Shown here in pieces: positions 9,324 through 19,461 of a DNA stretch of 59,667 nucleotides; the first letter of the stretch is position 1, and each line of letters opens with the position of its first letter. The position numbers and the translations under genes are program-made. Under the pieces are notes generated by a model, which saw nothing but the letters and a program-made list of their open reading frames with translations, did not search any database and was not told the origin of the DNA. The stretch is from an uncultured Clostridia bacterium. Its GTDB lineage: Bacteria > Bacillota > Clostridia > Oscillospirales > Acutalibacteraceae. Where the stretch lies: positions 1-59,667 of the forward strand of contig CANPZK010000001.1 in assembly GCA_947588875.1 (NCBI GenBank), in the 5' to 3' direction.

Positions 9324-11855
9324 ATGGGCGAACAGGAAAAATTGATTGGCTTGACGAGCGAACAGGCGAGAGAAAGACTGCAAAAATTCGGCAGGAACGA
9401 GCCTGTTCGACAGCACAGACAGAGCTTTGCCCTAAAGCTCATAAAAACCGTGTGCGAGCCTATGTTTTTACTGCTGATAGCGGCGGCGGTCATATATTTT
9501 ATACTCGGAGAGCCGCGCGACGGCGCGATAATGCTGATATTCGTGGTCGCCATAATAGCGATAGACGCGATTCAGGAATACAAGACCGACAAAACGCTCA
9601 GCGCGCTGAAAAATCTCTCCGCGCCGCACGCGACCGTGATACGCGACGGTCGGGAGATGAATATACCGAGTGCGGAGATAGTGCCCGGCGATATAATGCT
9701 CGTTTGCGAGGGAGAGAAGATACCTGCGGACGGCGAAATAATCAAATGCAGTGATTTGAGCGTGGACGAATCGACGCTTACAGGCGAGTCCGAGGAGGTG
9801 CGCAAGAGCCCGTGCGAGGGTGAAGAGCCTCAGTTCGACCACTGGAGAACAGACTGTTGCTACGCCGGAACGCTGTGCACACGCGGCAGCGCGGCGGTGC
9901 GCGTCACTCGCACAGGCGAATACACGGAATACGGCAAAATAAGCCGCGACGTTGCGGAAGCGCCGGATATGCCAACTCCACTGCAAAAGCAGACGAACCG
10001 ACTCGTGAAGATATGCGCCTTTATTGCGGGGATACTTTTCCTCCTTGTGGTGATTATTACCTTTTTTAATATTGCGGCGCCATCGCTTGCCGACAGGCTT
10101 ATCAGAAGCGTGCTGTCCGGCATAACGCTTGCAATGGCTATGATACCGGAGGAATTTCCCGTAGTGCTTACGGTTTTTCTCTCTATGGGAGCTTGGCGGC
10201 TCGCCGGAAAAAAATCTCTTGTGCGCAGAATGCCGTCCGTTGAAACACTCGGAGCCGTTTCTGTTCTGTGCGTAGATAAGACGGGAACGGTCACTATGAA
10301 CGAGATGACGGTCAAGGAGCTGCTTCCCTATGAATGTGACGAAAAAGAGCTGCTGAGAGTGATGGGAACGGCGTGCGAAACAAACGCCTACGACCCGATG
10401 GAGAGGGCGATGCTCAACAAATGCGAGGAAGAAGGTATTGCTCGTGAGGAGCTTTTCTCCGGCGACTTGATAAAGGAGTACAGCTTTACAGAGCGGCTCA
10501 AAATGATGGGTCACGTCAGAAAAAAGTCTGACGGCATACTGATAGCGGCAAAGGGCTCGCCCGAAAAAATACTTTCGATATGCTCTTTGAGTGATGCCGA
10601 AAAAAAGCGCTTGGGCGATATTGCGGAGAGCCTGTCGGAAAGCGGACTGAGGGTCATAGCCGTTGCGGGAGCCAAGCTCGGCTTAACGGATTATGTTCCG
10701 GACGCTCTTGAGGGCTGTAAGCTAGAGCTTATGGGCTTTGTCGGACTGTACGACCCGCCGAGGGAAAATGTGCGCAAGGATATTGAGATATGCCGCAGAG
10801 CCGGAATAAGAGTGGTTATGATAACGGGCGACCACGGCGCGACGGCGGGCAGTATTGCCCGCGAGGTGGGAATATCCGAATGCGGCAGCGTTATAACGGG
10901 AGATATGCTCGACAAGCTCAGCGACGAGGAGCTGTGCCTGGCGGTGAAAACGGCAAATATATTCGCCCGCGTGATACCGGAGCATAAAATGCGAATAGTC
11001 AAGGCTCTGCGGCAAAACGGAGAGGTCGTCGCAATGACCGGCGACGGCGTGAACGACGCTCCCGCGCTGAAGTACGCCGATATAGGTATAGCGATGGGAA
11101 AAAGGGGCAGCGAGGTGTCGCGAGAGGCGGCGGACCTCATTTTGCTCGACGATAATTTCTCCACCATAGTTGACACGGTCAAGGACGGGCGCAGGATATT
11201 CGACAATATACGCAAGGCGGTGGGGTATATCTTCACTATCCACGTTCCTATCGCCCTCGCTTCTCTGCTCGCTCCGCTTATGGGGCTGTCGGGAGATATG
11301 CTCATGCTGCTGCCGCTTCACGTCGTTTTGCTCGAGCTTTTGATAGACCCGACCTGCTCGATAGTCCTTGAGCGCCAGCCCGCCGAGGACGATATTATGC
11401 GGCGGCCGCCGAGAAGCGGCAGAGAGGGGATAATCGGGCTGATGGGCGTTATAAAAAGCGTGGCGCAGGGGCTTGTGATTTTCCTTGCGTCGTTCCTATC
11501 GTATATTACGGCTTTAAATTCGGGCGGCGCGGAATATGCCCGCTCCATAGCTCTGACCGTAATAATTATATCGAATCTTTTGCTCGTGTTCGTCAACAGC
11601 AGCGAGCTTGACAGCGCCGCTCATTCGCTGACGCATCTCATAACGGATAAGGTTATGTGGGCGACTGCCGCAGGAACGGTTCTGCTTGTCGCTGCGGCGC
11701 TTTATACGCCTCTCGACCGGCTTTTGAAGCTCGCTCCGCTGGATATATGCTCGCTTTTGCTCTCTGTTTTGATTGCGCTTGCCGCGGTTTTGTGGTATGA
11801 GCTTGTAAAGCTCTTTAAAAGAAGGAGGGCTTACGGAAAAGGCAGTTTGCGCTGA
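9324..11855 (+). CDS. Cation-translocating P-type ATPase (P2-like)
   Basis: TGES, IPEE, DKTGT, TGD and GDGVNDAP motifs; start reassigned to ATG 9324 after GGAGG. Confidence 0.93.
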   Translation: MGEQEKLIGLTSEQARERLQKFGRNEPVRQHRQSFALKLIKTVCEPMFLLLIAAAVIYFILGEPRDGAIMLIFVVAIIAIDAIQEYKTDKTLSALKNLSAPHATVIRDGREMNIPSAEIVPGDIMLVCEGEKIPADGEIIKCSDLSVDESTLTGESEEVRKSPCEGEEPQFDHWRTDCCYAGTLCTRGSAAVRVTRTGEYTEYGKISRDVAEAPDMPTPLQKQTNRLVKICAFIAGILFLLVVIITFFNIAAPSLADRLIRSVLSGITLAMAMIPEEFPVVLTVFLSMGAWRLAGKKSLVRRMPSVETLGAVSVLCVDKTGTVTMNEMTVKELLPYECDEKELLRVMGTACETNAYDPMERAMLNKCEEEGIAREELFSGDLIKEYSFTERLKMMGHVRKKSDGILIAAKGSPEKILSICSLSDAEKKRLGDIAESLSESGLRVIAVAGAKLGLTDYVPDALEGCKLELMGFVGLYDPPRENVRKDIEICRRAGIRVVMITGDHGATAGSIAREVGISECGSVITGDMLDKLSDEELCLAVKTANIFARVIPEHKMRIVKALRQNGEVVAMTGDGVNDAPALKYADIGIAMGKRGSEVSREAADLILLDDNFSTIVDTVKDGRRIFDNIRKAVGYIFTIHVPIALASLLAPLMGLSGDMLMLLPLHVVLLELLIDPTCSIVLERQPAEDDIMRRPPRSGREGIIGLMGVIKSVAQGLVIFLASFLSYITALNSGGAEYARSIALTVIIISNLLLVFVNSSELDSAAHSLTHLITDKVMWATAAGTVLLVAAALYTPLDRLLKLAPLDICSLLLSVLIALAAVLWYELVKLFKRRRAYGKGSLR

Positions 11856-11873
11856 CTCGGCTTGCTGTTATGG

Positions 11874-12099
11874 GCTGCCGCTTGTTTTCTCGGCTAAGTG
11901 GAGCGGGCGACGGGAATTCGGGCGGCGACCGCAAATTTCCGCCTCCCGGCGGAAATTTGCCGAAAAACGCGGCGGCTCCCACCGAACCTGCCCCGATAAA
12001 AGCCCCTGCGCCGCCGCGTTTTTCCGCGCGGCGCAGCCGCGCGGGTCGCCGCCCGCCGCCTCCTACAAAAGCACAGAGAAAAAACGGGAGAGCGGCAGC
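11874..12099. repeat. Cloverleaf palindromic element, copy 1 (226 bp)
   Basis: Ends GCTGCCGCT/AGCGGCAGC; core 11919-12055 closed by CGGGCGGCGACC/GGTCGCCGCCCG with three internal stems. Confidence 0.9.
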
Positions 12100-12214
12100 G
12101 ATAAGAGCGAAAGTCAAAAAATATTTATAAACAAACCCCTGTAATCATCGGCTTTTTGTTGCAAACGTCACACCGTTATTGTATAATATAACCATATAGT
12201 AACGGGGTGAGCAA

Positions 12215-12874
12215 ATGACTAAGGAAAATACCGAAAAAACTCAATACGAGGAGGCAAAAAAGCCGGAAAGCCCGAAAAGCTCAACGGGCGGATACAGCGA
12301 ACGCTACGGCGGAGGCTATGCGTCCGGAAGCTATGTCGCGCCCGAAATCAGGGACGCGGCGAATAACCTGTCCGATGAAATGAAAAAACAGGCGGAGAAA
12401 ATGGGAATCAAGCTCACCCAGAGCAGCGGCTATTTGAACTTCGGCGCGGGCATACAGATACATAAGCCGGACTACGTTATAACCGTACCGACGGCGTTTG
12501 AGTGGAAGGACGATTTCCAAAGCCGGGAGATAACGGCGTATTCGCGCGACTGCGCCGACGATATTTATTCATCTCCGCTGTTGCTTGAAGCGGCGAGAGT
12601 CAAGCTGGTAAAGCCGATGACCGAAAACGAGCTGGAGCTTAGGCAAAAAGCGGCGGCTGAAATAACGGAATCCGAGTTAAGCGTTATCGAGCTTTACGGC
12701 ATGAGAATTTTTCTTGCGACGGACGATAACGATACGACGAAACGTATATACAGAATAACGGCGCTCATCAAGGACGGAGCGGAGATATTCACATTAAAGC
12801 TCACGTTTTCGAGAAAAATAGATAACGCGGACGAGATAACAAAGCGAATATATTACAGCCTGCACTTTGTGTGA
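12215..12874 (+). CDS. Hypothetical protein
   Basis: 219-aa ORF with RBS GGGGTGA and a low-complexity N-terminus; no family recognised with confidence. Confidence 0.75.
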   Translation: MTKENTEKTQYEEAKKPESPKSSTGGYSERYGGGYASGSYVAPEIRDAANNLSDEMKKQAEKMGIKLTQSSGYLNFGAGIQIHKPDYVITVPTAFEWKDDFQSREITAYSRDCADDIYSSPLLLEAARVKLVKPMTENELELRQKAAAEITESELSVIELYGMRIFLATDDNDTTKRIYRITALIKDGAEIFTLKLTFSRKIDNADEITKRIYYSLHFV

Positions 12875-12927
12875 TTTTTTGTAATCGTATTATCGCATAA
12901 TAAATATTATCCGACAGGGGGAACCTT

Positions 12928-13464
12928 ATGGAAATAGGAATACTTGATTTTATTCACAGCAGCCTGTCAAATCCGGTGCTTGACGCGGTGTTCGTGTTTT
13001 TTACAACGATAGTGGAGCATGGCGAGCTTTGGCTCGGAATAGGCGGCGTTATGCTGATAACGAGAAAATACCGCAGGGCCGGCGTCTGCGTGCTTATAGC
13101 CGTTGTCATGACGTTTGTAAGCAGCGAGCTTTTGCTGAAAAACATCGTTTGCCGTCCAAGACCGTTTTTGGAAAATCCGAATATAAATCTGATAATAAGC
13201 CCACCAAGCGGCTTTTCATTTCCGTCGAGCCACAGCGCGGTATCATTTGCGGCAGCGACGGTTATTTTTTATTTTGACAAAAAGCTGATTGGAATATCGT
13301 GCGTGATATTTGCCTGCCTGACAGCATTTTCCCGACTTTATCTTTACGTTCATTATCCGACGGACGTGCTCGTGGGGATAATTTTGGGCATAATTTTCGG
13401 AGCGGCAGTGATAATCGGGTACAGATTTTTTATACATCGCAGAGCCAATAAACTGAATTTCTAA
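12928..13464 (+). CDS. PAP2-family membrane phosphatase (undecaprenyl-PP phosphatase-like)
   Basis: K..V.RPRP, SFPSSH and SRLYLYVHYPTDV motifs. Confidence 0.93.
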   Translation: MEIGILDFIHSSLSNPVLDAVFVFFTTIVEHGELWLGIGGVMLITRKYRRAGVCVLIAVVMTFVSSELLLKNIVCRPRPFLENPNINLIISPPSGFSFPSSHSAVSFAAATVIFYFDKKLIGISCVIFACLTAFSRLYLYVHYPTDVLVGIILGIIFGAAVIIGYRFFIHRRANKLNF

Positions 13465-13702
13465 GTAATTATTCACATTGATTATACAGCTGTTTTATTA
13501 CTTTTAATTACAATGTAATTATCTGTAAAATTGCTTGTTAATGCAAGTCATTGTTGTTTTTATGTTAAATATATCCAAAAACTTGCATTTAAAGAAAAAA
13601 TTTTATTTGATTATTGTAATTTTAAGAAAAATGGTGTAAAATTAATGTGAGAAAGATGAAGTGGGTAATCTTTCTTAGTTTTCTTGATTAAGGAGGATAA
13701 CG

Positions 13703-14050
13703 ATGGGAATTTCTGAGAACCTGAAAAAAGGTACATCTGAAATGCTTATTCTCTTTCTTCTGGAGAAGGAGGATATGTACGGCTACCAGTTGGCTCAGGA
13801 GCTGCGTTTGCGCAGCGAGGGTTATTTCGTGATGCCCGAGGGCTCTCTTTATCCAACCTTGTATCGTCTGATAGAAAAGGGCGTAGTTTCCGACAGACAG
13901 GAAATCGTTGGAAAAAGGTTGCGGAAGTATTACCATCTGGAAGAGTCGGGTAAGGACTATCTGAAATCAATCGTAGAAGAGTATCGCTCAATTAATATCG
14001 GTATCCAAAAGGTACTCGGAGAGGATTTACTTAAAGACCTTACGGTGTAA
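13703..14050 (+). CDS. PadR-family transcriptional regulator
   Basis: MYGYQL...EGSLYPTLYRL...RKYY motifs; RBS AAGGAGG. Confidence 0.93.
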   Translation: MGISENLKKGTSEMLILFLLEKEDMYGYQLAQELRLRSEGYFVMPEGSLYPTLYRLIEKGVVSDRQEIVGKRLRKYYHLEESGKDYLKSIVEEYRSINIGIQKVLGEDLLKDLTV

Positions 14051-14095
14051 TTGTTTTAACGGCTAATGATGGGAAATAGTCTTATAATGATTACA

Positions 14096-14124
14096 AAAAG
14101 CTCTCGGCGCAACCGGGAGCTTTT
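14096..14124 (+). terminator. Intrinsic terminator after the PadR gene
   Basis: AAAAGCTCTCGG/CCGGGAGCTTTT stem. Confidence 0.7.
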
Positions 14125-14265
14125 GCTGTTATATGGGGGACATTGCGCTGATTTAAGCGGGAAGGCGCTTTAATTGAGATTACATCAGGAAAATTTGCCC
14201 ATAATAAGGTTAAAATAAAAGGCGAGGCGGGCGCAAATAAATTTTACAGAGAGGGTGTGTCCTAA

Positions 14266-15048
14266 ATGGAAAATTACACGCTTATAACGGGCGCGTCGTC
14301 CGGAATAGGTAACGCCTTTGCAAAGGCGTATGCGGAGAGAGGACATAATTTAATAATAGTCGCGCGCTCCGGCGACAAGCTCAAGGCGATGGCGCGTGAT
14401 TATGCCGAAAAATATAAAATCAAGGTCGAGTATATGATTTTTGACTTGTCGCTTGAAAATATCGCAAAGGCGGTATATGACGAGGTGAACAGGCGCGGAC
14501 TTACGGTTGATACGCTCGTCAACAACGCGGGCTTTGCAACAACAGGCTTACTGCACACGGCGGATTATAAAATCCAGCACGAGGAGATACTTTTAAACGT
14601 CGCCGCAATGACAGAGCTGACGTACCTGTTTATAAAGGGAATGAGCGAGCGCGGAAAAGGGACGGTAATCAACCTCGGCTCCTGCGTATCGTTCACACCG
14701 TTTCCTTATTCCGCGGTTTATGCCGCGACAAAGGCGTATGTGCTTTCGTTCTCGGAGAGCATAAGCTATGAATACAGAGATAAGGGGATACGCGTTTTAG
14801 CGGTCTGTCCCGCCCCGACGCAAACGCATTTTTTCGACAAATGCGGAAACGTTACGGACAATATGAGGACTCCGGCGAATGTAGTCGGCTCGGCGTTCAA
14901 GACGCTTGAAAAGGGGAGAAAAACCGTGTGCAAGGACGGGATAATAACGAAGCTCCAGGCGTTTATGCCGCGCCTGCTCACGCGGCGGGCGGCGCTCAAT
15001 ATAACCGGAAGGATAAGCGGCAGGGCGTGGGGAAAAAATAACGGTTAA
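14266..15048 (+). CDS. SDR-family NAD(P)-dependent oxidoreductase
   Basis: TGASSGIG, NNAG and YAATK motifs. Confidence 0.93.
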   Translation: MENYTLITGASSGIGNAFAKAYAERGHNLIIVARSGDKLKAMARDYAEKYKIKVEYMIFDLSLENIAKAVYDEVNRRGLTVDTLVNNAGFATTGLLHTADYKIQHEEILLNVAAMTELTYLFIKGMSERGKGTVINLGSCVSFTPFPYSAVYAATKAYVLSFSESISYEYRDKGIRVLAVCPAPTQTHFFDKCGNVTDNMRTPANVVGSAFKTLEKGRKTVCKDGIITKLQAFMPRLLTRRAALNITGRISGRAWGKNNG

Positions 15049-15172
15049 TAGCAGGATTATAAGCGATATATAATGTCTTGAAAAAAGTATGACGATTTAA
15101 TCACAGCGTCGGTTATTTGCTTGACAAATTACCTAAATCTCTCTATAATAATAACAGAAAGGAGATGATTTT

Positions 15173-15439
15173 ATGGCACAGACAACACAGGTGAGCTTTC
15201 GCATAGACGAGGATTTAAAGCGCAGCGCGGAGCGCGAGCTTGACGATATGGGACTTACCCTTTCGGCGGCAATTACGGTCTTTCTCAAAAAGGTGAGCCG
15301 CGAGCACCGTCTTCCGTTTGAAGTCACGTCGGACCCATTTTACTCGGAGAGCAATATGGCGCATTTGCGCCGTGGAATAGCTGCGCTTAATGCCGGAAAG
15401 GGGACAGAACACGAGCCTGTCGAGGTGGACGATGAATGA
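15173..15439 (+). CDS. Type II TA antitoxin, RelB/DinJ family
   Basis: VSFRIDEDLK...MGLTLSAAI.VF.....EHRLPF ribbon-helix-helix pattern; ATGA overlap with the toxin. Confidence 0.92.
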   Translation: MAQTTQVSFRIDEDLKRSAERELDDMGLTLSAAITVFLKKVSREHRLPFEVTSDPFYSESNMAHLRRGIAALNAGKGTEHEPVEVDDE

Positions 15440-15696
15440 AAAAGATATGGTTTGACGAGGCATGGGAGGATTACCTGTATTGGCAGACTCAGGATCGAAA
15501 GACGTTAAAGCGTATAAATGCTTTGCTGAAGGATATTGAGCGAAGCGAATTTAATGGCATAGGCAAGCCGGAGCTTCTGAAAGGCGAGCTGAGCGGCTTT
15601 TGGAGCAGAAGAATAGATGACGCAAATAGATTTGTGTACAGAATCAAAGACGGAATACTTGAGATCCTGTCCTGCCGGGGACATTACGACGATTGA
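15436..15696 (+). CDS. yoeB: Type II TA toxin, Txe/YoeB family
   Basis: AWEDYLYWQ..D...GIGKPE.LKGELSGFWSRRID..NR..Y...SCRGHY. Confidence 0.93.
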   Translation: MKKIWFDEAWEDYLYWQTQDRKTLKRINALLKDIERSEFNGIGKPELLKGELSGFWSRRIDDANRFVYRIKDGILEILSCRGHYDD

Positions 15697-15746
15697 GGGG
15701 GAGCTTTCCTCCTCAATTAATTTTACCCACAAATATATGCCCGCGC

Positions 15747-17081
15747 TCAGCTCGCAACGAGCGTTTTGCTTCTCCATTTGCCCTTTTTCCATCTCCACAG
15801 CATAAGAGCGCCTCGGAAGCATTCGTCTGCGGCAAAGGCTATCCACAGTCCGTTCAGCCCAAGCCCGAATACGACCGCGAGCAGATAAGAGCCGAGCGTG
15901 CTTAAAAGCCACATTGAAAAAATCGCTGCGCCTGTCGGGAAAAATACGTCCCCAGCTCCTCTCAGACTGTTTATTATAGTGAGATTTATCGTTCTGCCTA
16001 TCTCGACGAATATGTTCAATATTATCAGCGTCGCGCCCATCTCGATAACCTCCGAATTGTCGGTGAAGATGCCGACGAGCTGGTATCTGAAGATGATGCC
16101 GATAAGCTCAAGGCACATAGCAATTATAAGGGCGGAGCGGAAAGCCTTGATTCCGCTCCTGTACGCCTCGTCGTATTTTCTCGCCCCGCAGAAATGCCCA
16201 GTGAGTATCTGCGACGCCTGACCGATCGATATTGAGAATATGTAGAAAAATGTAGTTATATTAGAGATATAGGTCTTGGTGATAAGCTCGGTTTCCGTCA
16301 GACAGTTCAGCACGATAGAGGTCACGACAAGCTGCGAAATATTGTAGTTAAAGCTCTCAAACGCGGACGGCACACCGACCTTCAGCAACAGCCACAGCTC
16401 CTTAAACGGAAAGGGTTTTACAAGGAGCTTAAATATAGACGGTTTTTCTATTGTTGTAAATACTATTATCAGCAAAACTATGATGCCGACAATGCGGCTT
16501 ATCGAGGTCGCTATCGCGGCTCCCTTAACGCCGAGGGAGGGCATTCCGAACAGGCCGAGGACAAATATAACGTCGAGGGCGGTGTTTATGATATTCATTG
16601 TCACGGTCACATACATAGAGCGCTTTGTGTAGCCGTGGTTTCTTATTATTACCGACAAAGCGCCCAAAAGCCCTTGGGTAAAGAGAAAGCCGCCGACTAT
16701 CGTAAGATAATCGCTCGCAAATTCAAGCACCTGCCCCCTTGCGCCGATAAACGAGAGTATGGGGCGGCTGAACACGGCTAAAACGACGCTTATCAATACC
16801 CCGAGGACAAGGTTAAAGAGAATGGAGAGCGCGGCGATTTTTGACGCCTCCTCCCGCTTTTTCGCTCCGAGGCTCTGCGAAATCAGAACAGCGCTCGCGC
16901 CCGAGAGGACCGTAAATACGAGAGTGCAGATTGATACTGCCTGATTCGCCGTCTGCACCGACGAGGCGGCGAGATCGTCGTATTGGCTCATAACAAAAAC
17001 GTCTACAAAGCCGAGCGCCATAAACAGAGCCGTTTCGACAAAGATTGGCCAGGCAAGATTGAATAGTGTCATCTTTTTCAT
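15747..17081 (-). CDS. MATE-family efflux transporter
   Basis: About 12 hydrophobic segments; LAWPIF and LGVKGAAIAT..SR motifs. Confidence 0.93.
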   Translation of the reverse strand: MKKMTLFNLAWPIFVETALFMALGFVDVFVMSQYDDLAASSVQTANQAVSICTLVFTVLSGASAVLISQSLGAKKREEASKIAALSILFNLVLGVLISVVLAVFSRPILSFIGARGQVLEFASDYLTIVGGFLFTQGLLGALSVIIRNHGYTKRSMYVTVTMNIINTALDVIFVLGLFGMPSLGVKGAAIATSISRIVGIIVLLIIVFTTIEKPSIFKLLVKPFPFKELWLLLKVGVPSAFESFNYNISQLVVTSIVLNCLTETELITKTYISNITTFFYIFSISIGQASQILTGHFCGARKYDEAYRSGIKAFRSALIIAMCLELIGIIFRYQLVGIFTDNSEVIEMGATLIILNIFVEIGRTINLTIINSLRGAGDVFFPTGAAIFSMWLLSTLGSYLLAVVFGLGLNGLWIAFAADECFRGALMLWRWKKGKWRSKTLVAS

Positions 17082-17486
17082 AGCTGTGATCTCCGAAAAT
17101 TATACCGCCTGTCGAAAGGGGCTTTTACTTAGGCAAGTACAAAGGAATGAAGCTCCCGTTTATAAATTTAACCTTAAATCCGACCGGATAAGGCTTTGTC
17201 AAAATAGGTTTATCGACAGGCTGAATTATACAAAATCTTCTTATAAAATCATTCTATTCGCAAAGTTAAAATTAGTCAAGCTATTCTATGAAAGGTATAT
17301 TTCAGTCGGCTTGGTATGTTTTTCGGAGGAGCCAACGGAGAGCCTGCGGATATTTGCACGGCGTGTAATATAAACTCTTTACACAATATGAACATTGTGT
17401 AAAATTCGACGTCGTTTATTTACTGCCTGCGGTAAATGTGATATAATTTTTGTGATAAAATATTAATAATAAGGAGCAAATATATT

Positions 17487-18593
17487 ATGAGCTATTGTCC
17501 AAAATGCGGAAAAGAATACGACGACTCGCTCCCCGAGTGTCCGTATTGTCAGGCAGAACAGACAAATCTTGAAATTCAGGAGGATAATAATTCCCCCGAA
17601 ATAAGCGGAGCGCCGTCAGGCGGCGAGGAAAACAAGAAAGTCCCAAAGGGCGCGATAGCGGGCATAATTGCCGCGGTGGTTGTTATTGCGGCGGTCATAT
17701 TTATGGTCATAATGCTGATTCCTAAAAACGGAGATCAGAAGGACGGCGGGAGCGGCTCTTCAAGCTCTGACTCCTCGTCGGGAGTTGAGGAGCTTACAAT
17801 GCCGAGCGGCTATGAGGAGATAGTAAACGACATTAAGGACTCGGACGGCCACATTATAACTCAGTCAACAGATCCATACGGCAACACGATAACAAGAGAG
17901 GTTGACTCAAACGGCAATGTGACTACCACCTTTGTAGGACCCGACGGCTCTACCTCGCGTGTGACGACCGACCAAAACGGCAATATTCTTTCCTACGATA
18001 TTCCCGCGTCCGGCGGAGAGGCGTCTGTAAGCAGTACCCCGAACAACAACGCCAATACTAATAACTCCGGCAACACCTCAAGCGGCGGCACAAGCTCCGG
18101 CAACACAGGCTCTGGAAATACAAGCTCCGGAAATACAAGCTCCGGCAATGCGTCCTCGGGTGGCTCGGGTGAAAGCTCCAACGCCGCAAACGGTGCGATA
18201 ACGATAAACGGCAAAAGCTATAAGGTCGGCGATACCGTAACGCTGAAGGGTACGCTCGGCGGAATCAACGAGGCTGTCGCGGGCTGCGTTTTGCAGGTTA
18301 CATATGACGAGAACCTCCTTGAGCTTGACGAAGATTCGTTAAAGCTGTTCGATTCGAGCTTTATGACCAATACGAACCTGTCCGGCGAGATACTCGCGAG
18401 CGCGATGAACCCTATGACCGGCTTTGATCTTGCCGCGCCGCGACAGGTAATAGAGTGCAAATTCAAGGTAAAGGACAGCGATACAAAATCCTGCGATATA
18501 AATTTTGCCGCTACCGAGGTTTATACGGGAATCGGCTCCAATCCTGTGGTGGACGTTACCGCGAGCGCTGAAAGCGAATTTACAGTTGAATGA
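17487..18593 (+). CDS. Zinc-ribbon, transmembrane helix, Ser/Gly/Asn linker and C-terminal cohesin-like domain protein
   Basis: CPKCG...CPYC; TM IAGIIAAVVVIAAVIFMVIMLI; C-terminal KVGDTVT...VTYDENLLE...CKFKVK resembles a cohesin. Confidence 0.75.
   Translation: MSYCPKCGKEYDDSLPECPYCQAEQTNLEIQEDNNSPEISGAPSGGEENKKVPKGAIAGIIAAVVVIAAVIFMVIMLIPKNGDQKDGGSGSSSSDSSSGVEELTMPSGYEEIVNDIKDSDGHIITQSTDPYGNTITREVDSNGNVTTTFVGPDGSTSRVTTDQNGNILSYDIPASGGEASVSSTPNNNANTNNSGNTSSGGTSSGNTGSGNTSSGNTSSGNASSGGSGESSNAANGAITINGKSYKVGDTVTLKGTLGGINEAVAGCVLQVTYDENLLELDEDSLKLFDSSFMTNTNLSGEILASAMNPMTGFDLAAPRQVIECKFKVKDSDTKSCDINFAATEVYTGIGSNPVVDVTASAESEFTVE
18065..18155 (+). repeat. 15-bp coding tandem repeat (SGNTS linker)
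   Basis: CTCCGGMAAYACAAG-like units repeated 5-6 times. Confidence 0.75.
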
Positions 18594-18615
18594 GATACGA
18601 GATATTTATATATTC

Positions 18616-18642
18616 AAGACCGCCCGTTTCGGCGGTCTTTTC
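18616..18642 (+). terminator. Intrinsic terminator
   Basis: AAGACCGCC/GGCGGTCTTTT. Confidence 0.75.
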
Positions 18643-18691
18643 TCATGCACGTTCGGAGAAAATCGGCGTAGGATAATTAAGGGGTGCTTTA

Positions 18692-19336
18692 ATGCTTAAC
18701 GTCGAGCGACGCTTTAAAAAGCGGATAAAGGCAGGAAGAATCATAACGATAGCGATAATGCTCGTGCTTTTTGTGCTTGCGTATATCGAGTTTAAAATCG
18801 AGCCTTCGATAATGGATCTTACCGAGATAAAGGCTCAAACGCTCGCTACCGAGGCGATAAATACGGCGGTAAACAACGCGCTTGAAAGGTCGAAATTTAC
18901 ATATGCGGATCTCGCCGACATAAACTATACGTCGGACAACAGCGTCGGAAGCATTTCGATAAACACCGTGAACGTCAATAAATTCAAGGCCGACGTATCG
19001 CTTGAAACACAGAATCAGCTTGAAAAGCTCCAGCACAGAGAGTTTAATTATTATCTCGGCGATTTGACGGGCTTTGAGCTTTTCGACGGAATGGGGCCGT
19101 CGCTGGTCGTTCAGCTTAATTTTTCGAGCAGCGTTGAAACGGAAATGAAAAATAAGATGGAGTCGGCGGGAATAAATCAAACTCAGAGCACGCTTGAAAT
19201 ATGCGTGTGCGCCGAGATATTCCTCACCTCCGACGAGGAGTATCCGAACGTGGTCGTCAAGACGAGCGTACCCGTCGCGCAGACGCTTATAGTCGGTGAT
19301 TTGCCCGACTATTATCCGGTGCAGAGGTACTGGTAA
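18692..19336 (+). CDS. yunB: Sporulation protein YunB
   Basis: N-terminal TM; ESAGINQT motif; C-terminal PVAQTLIVGDLPDYY. Confidence 0.85.
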   Translation: MLNVERRFKKRIKAGRIITIAIMLVLFVLAYIEFKIEPSIMDLTEIKAQTLATEAINTAVNNALERSKFTYADLADINYTSDNSVGSISINTVNVNKFKADVSLETQNQLEKLQHREFNYYLGDLTGFELFDGMGPSLVVQLNFSSSVETEMKNKMESAGINQTQSTLEICVCAEIFLTSDEEYPNVVVKTSVPVAQTLIVGDLPDYYPVQRYW

Positions 19337-19461
19337 GAAGGCGATTTCAAAGGCTGAAATTAAAAATCGGCGGTCTTTCTCGACAAACGTCGTTAAAAAT
19401 GGTATTATTTAGGCGGCGCAGTATGATGCGCGGAAATTGTCAAAATCAAGGTTGTGTATTT

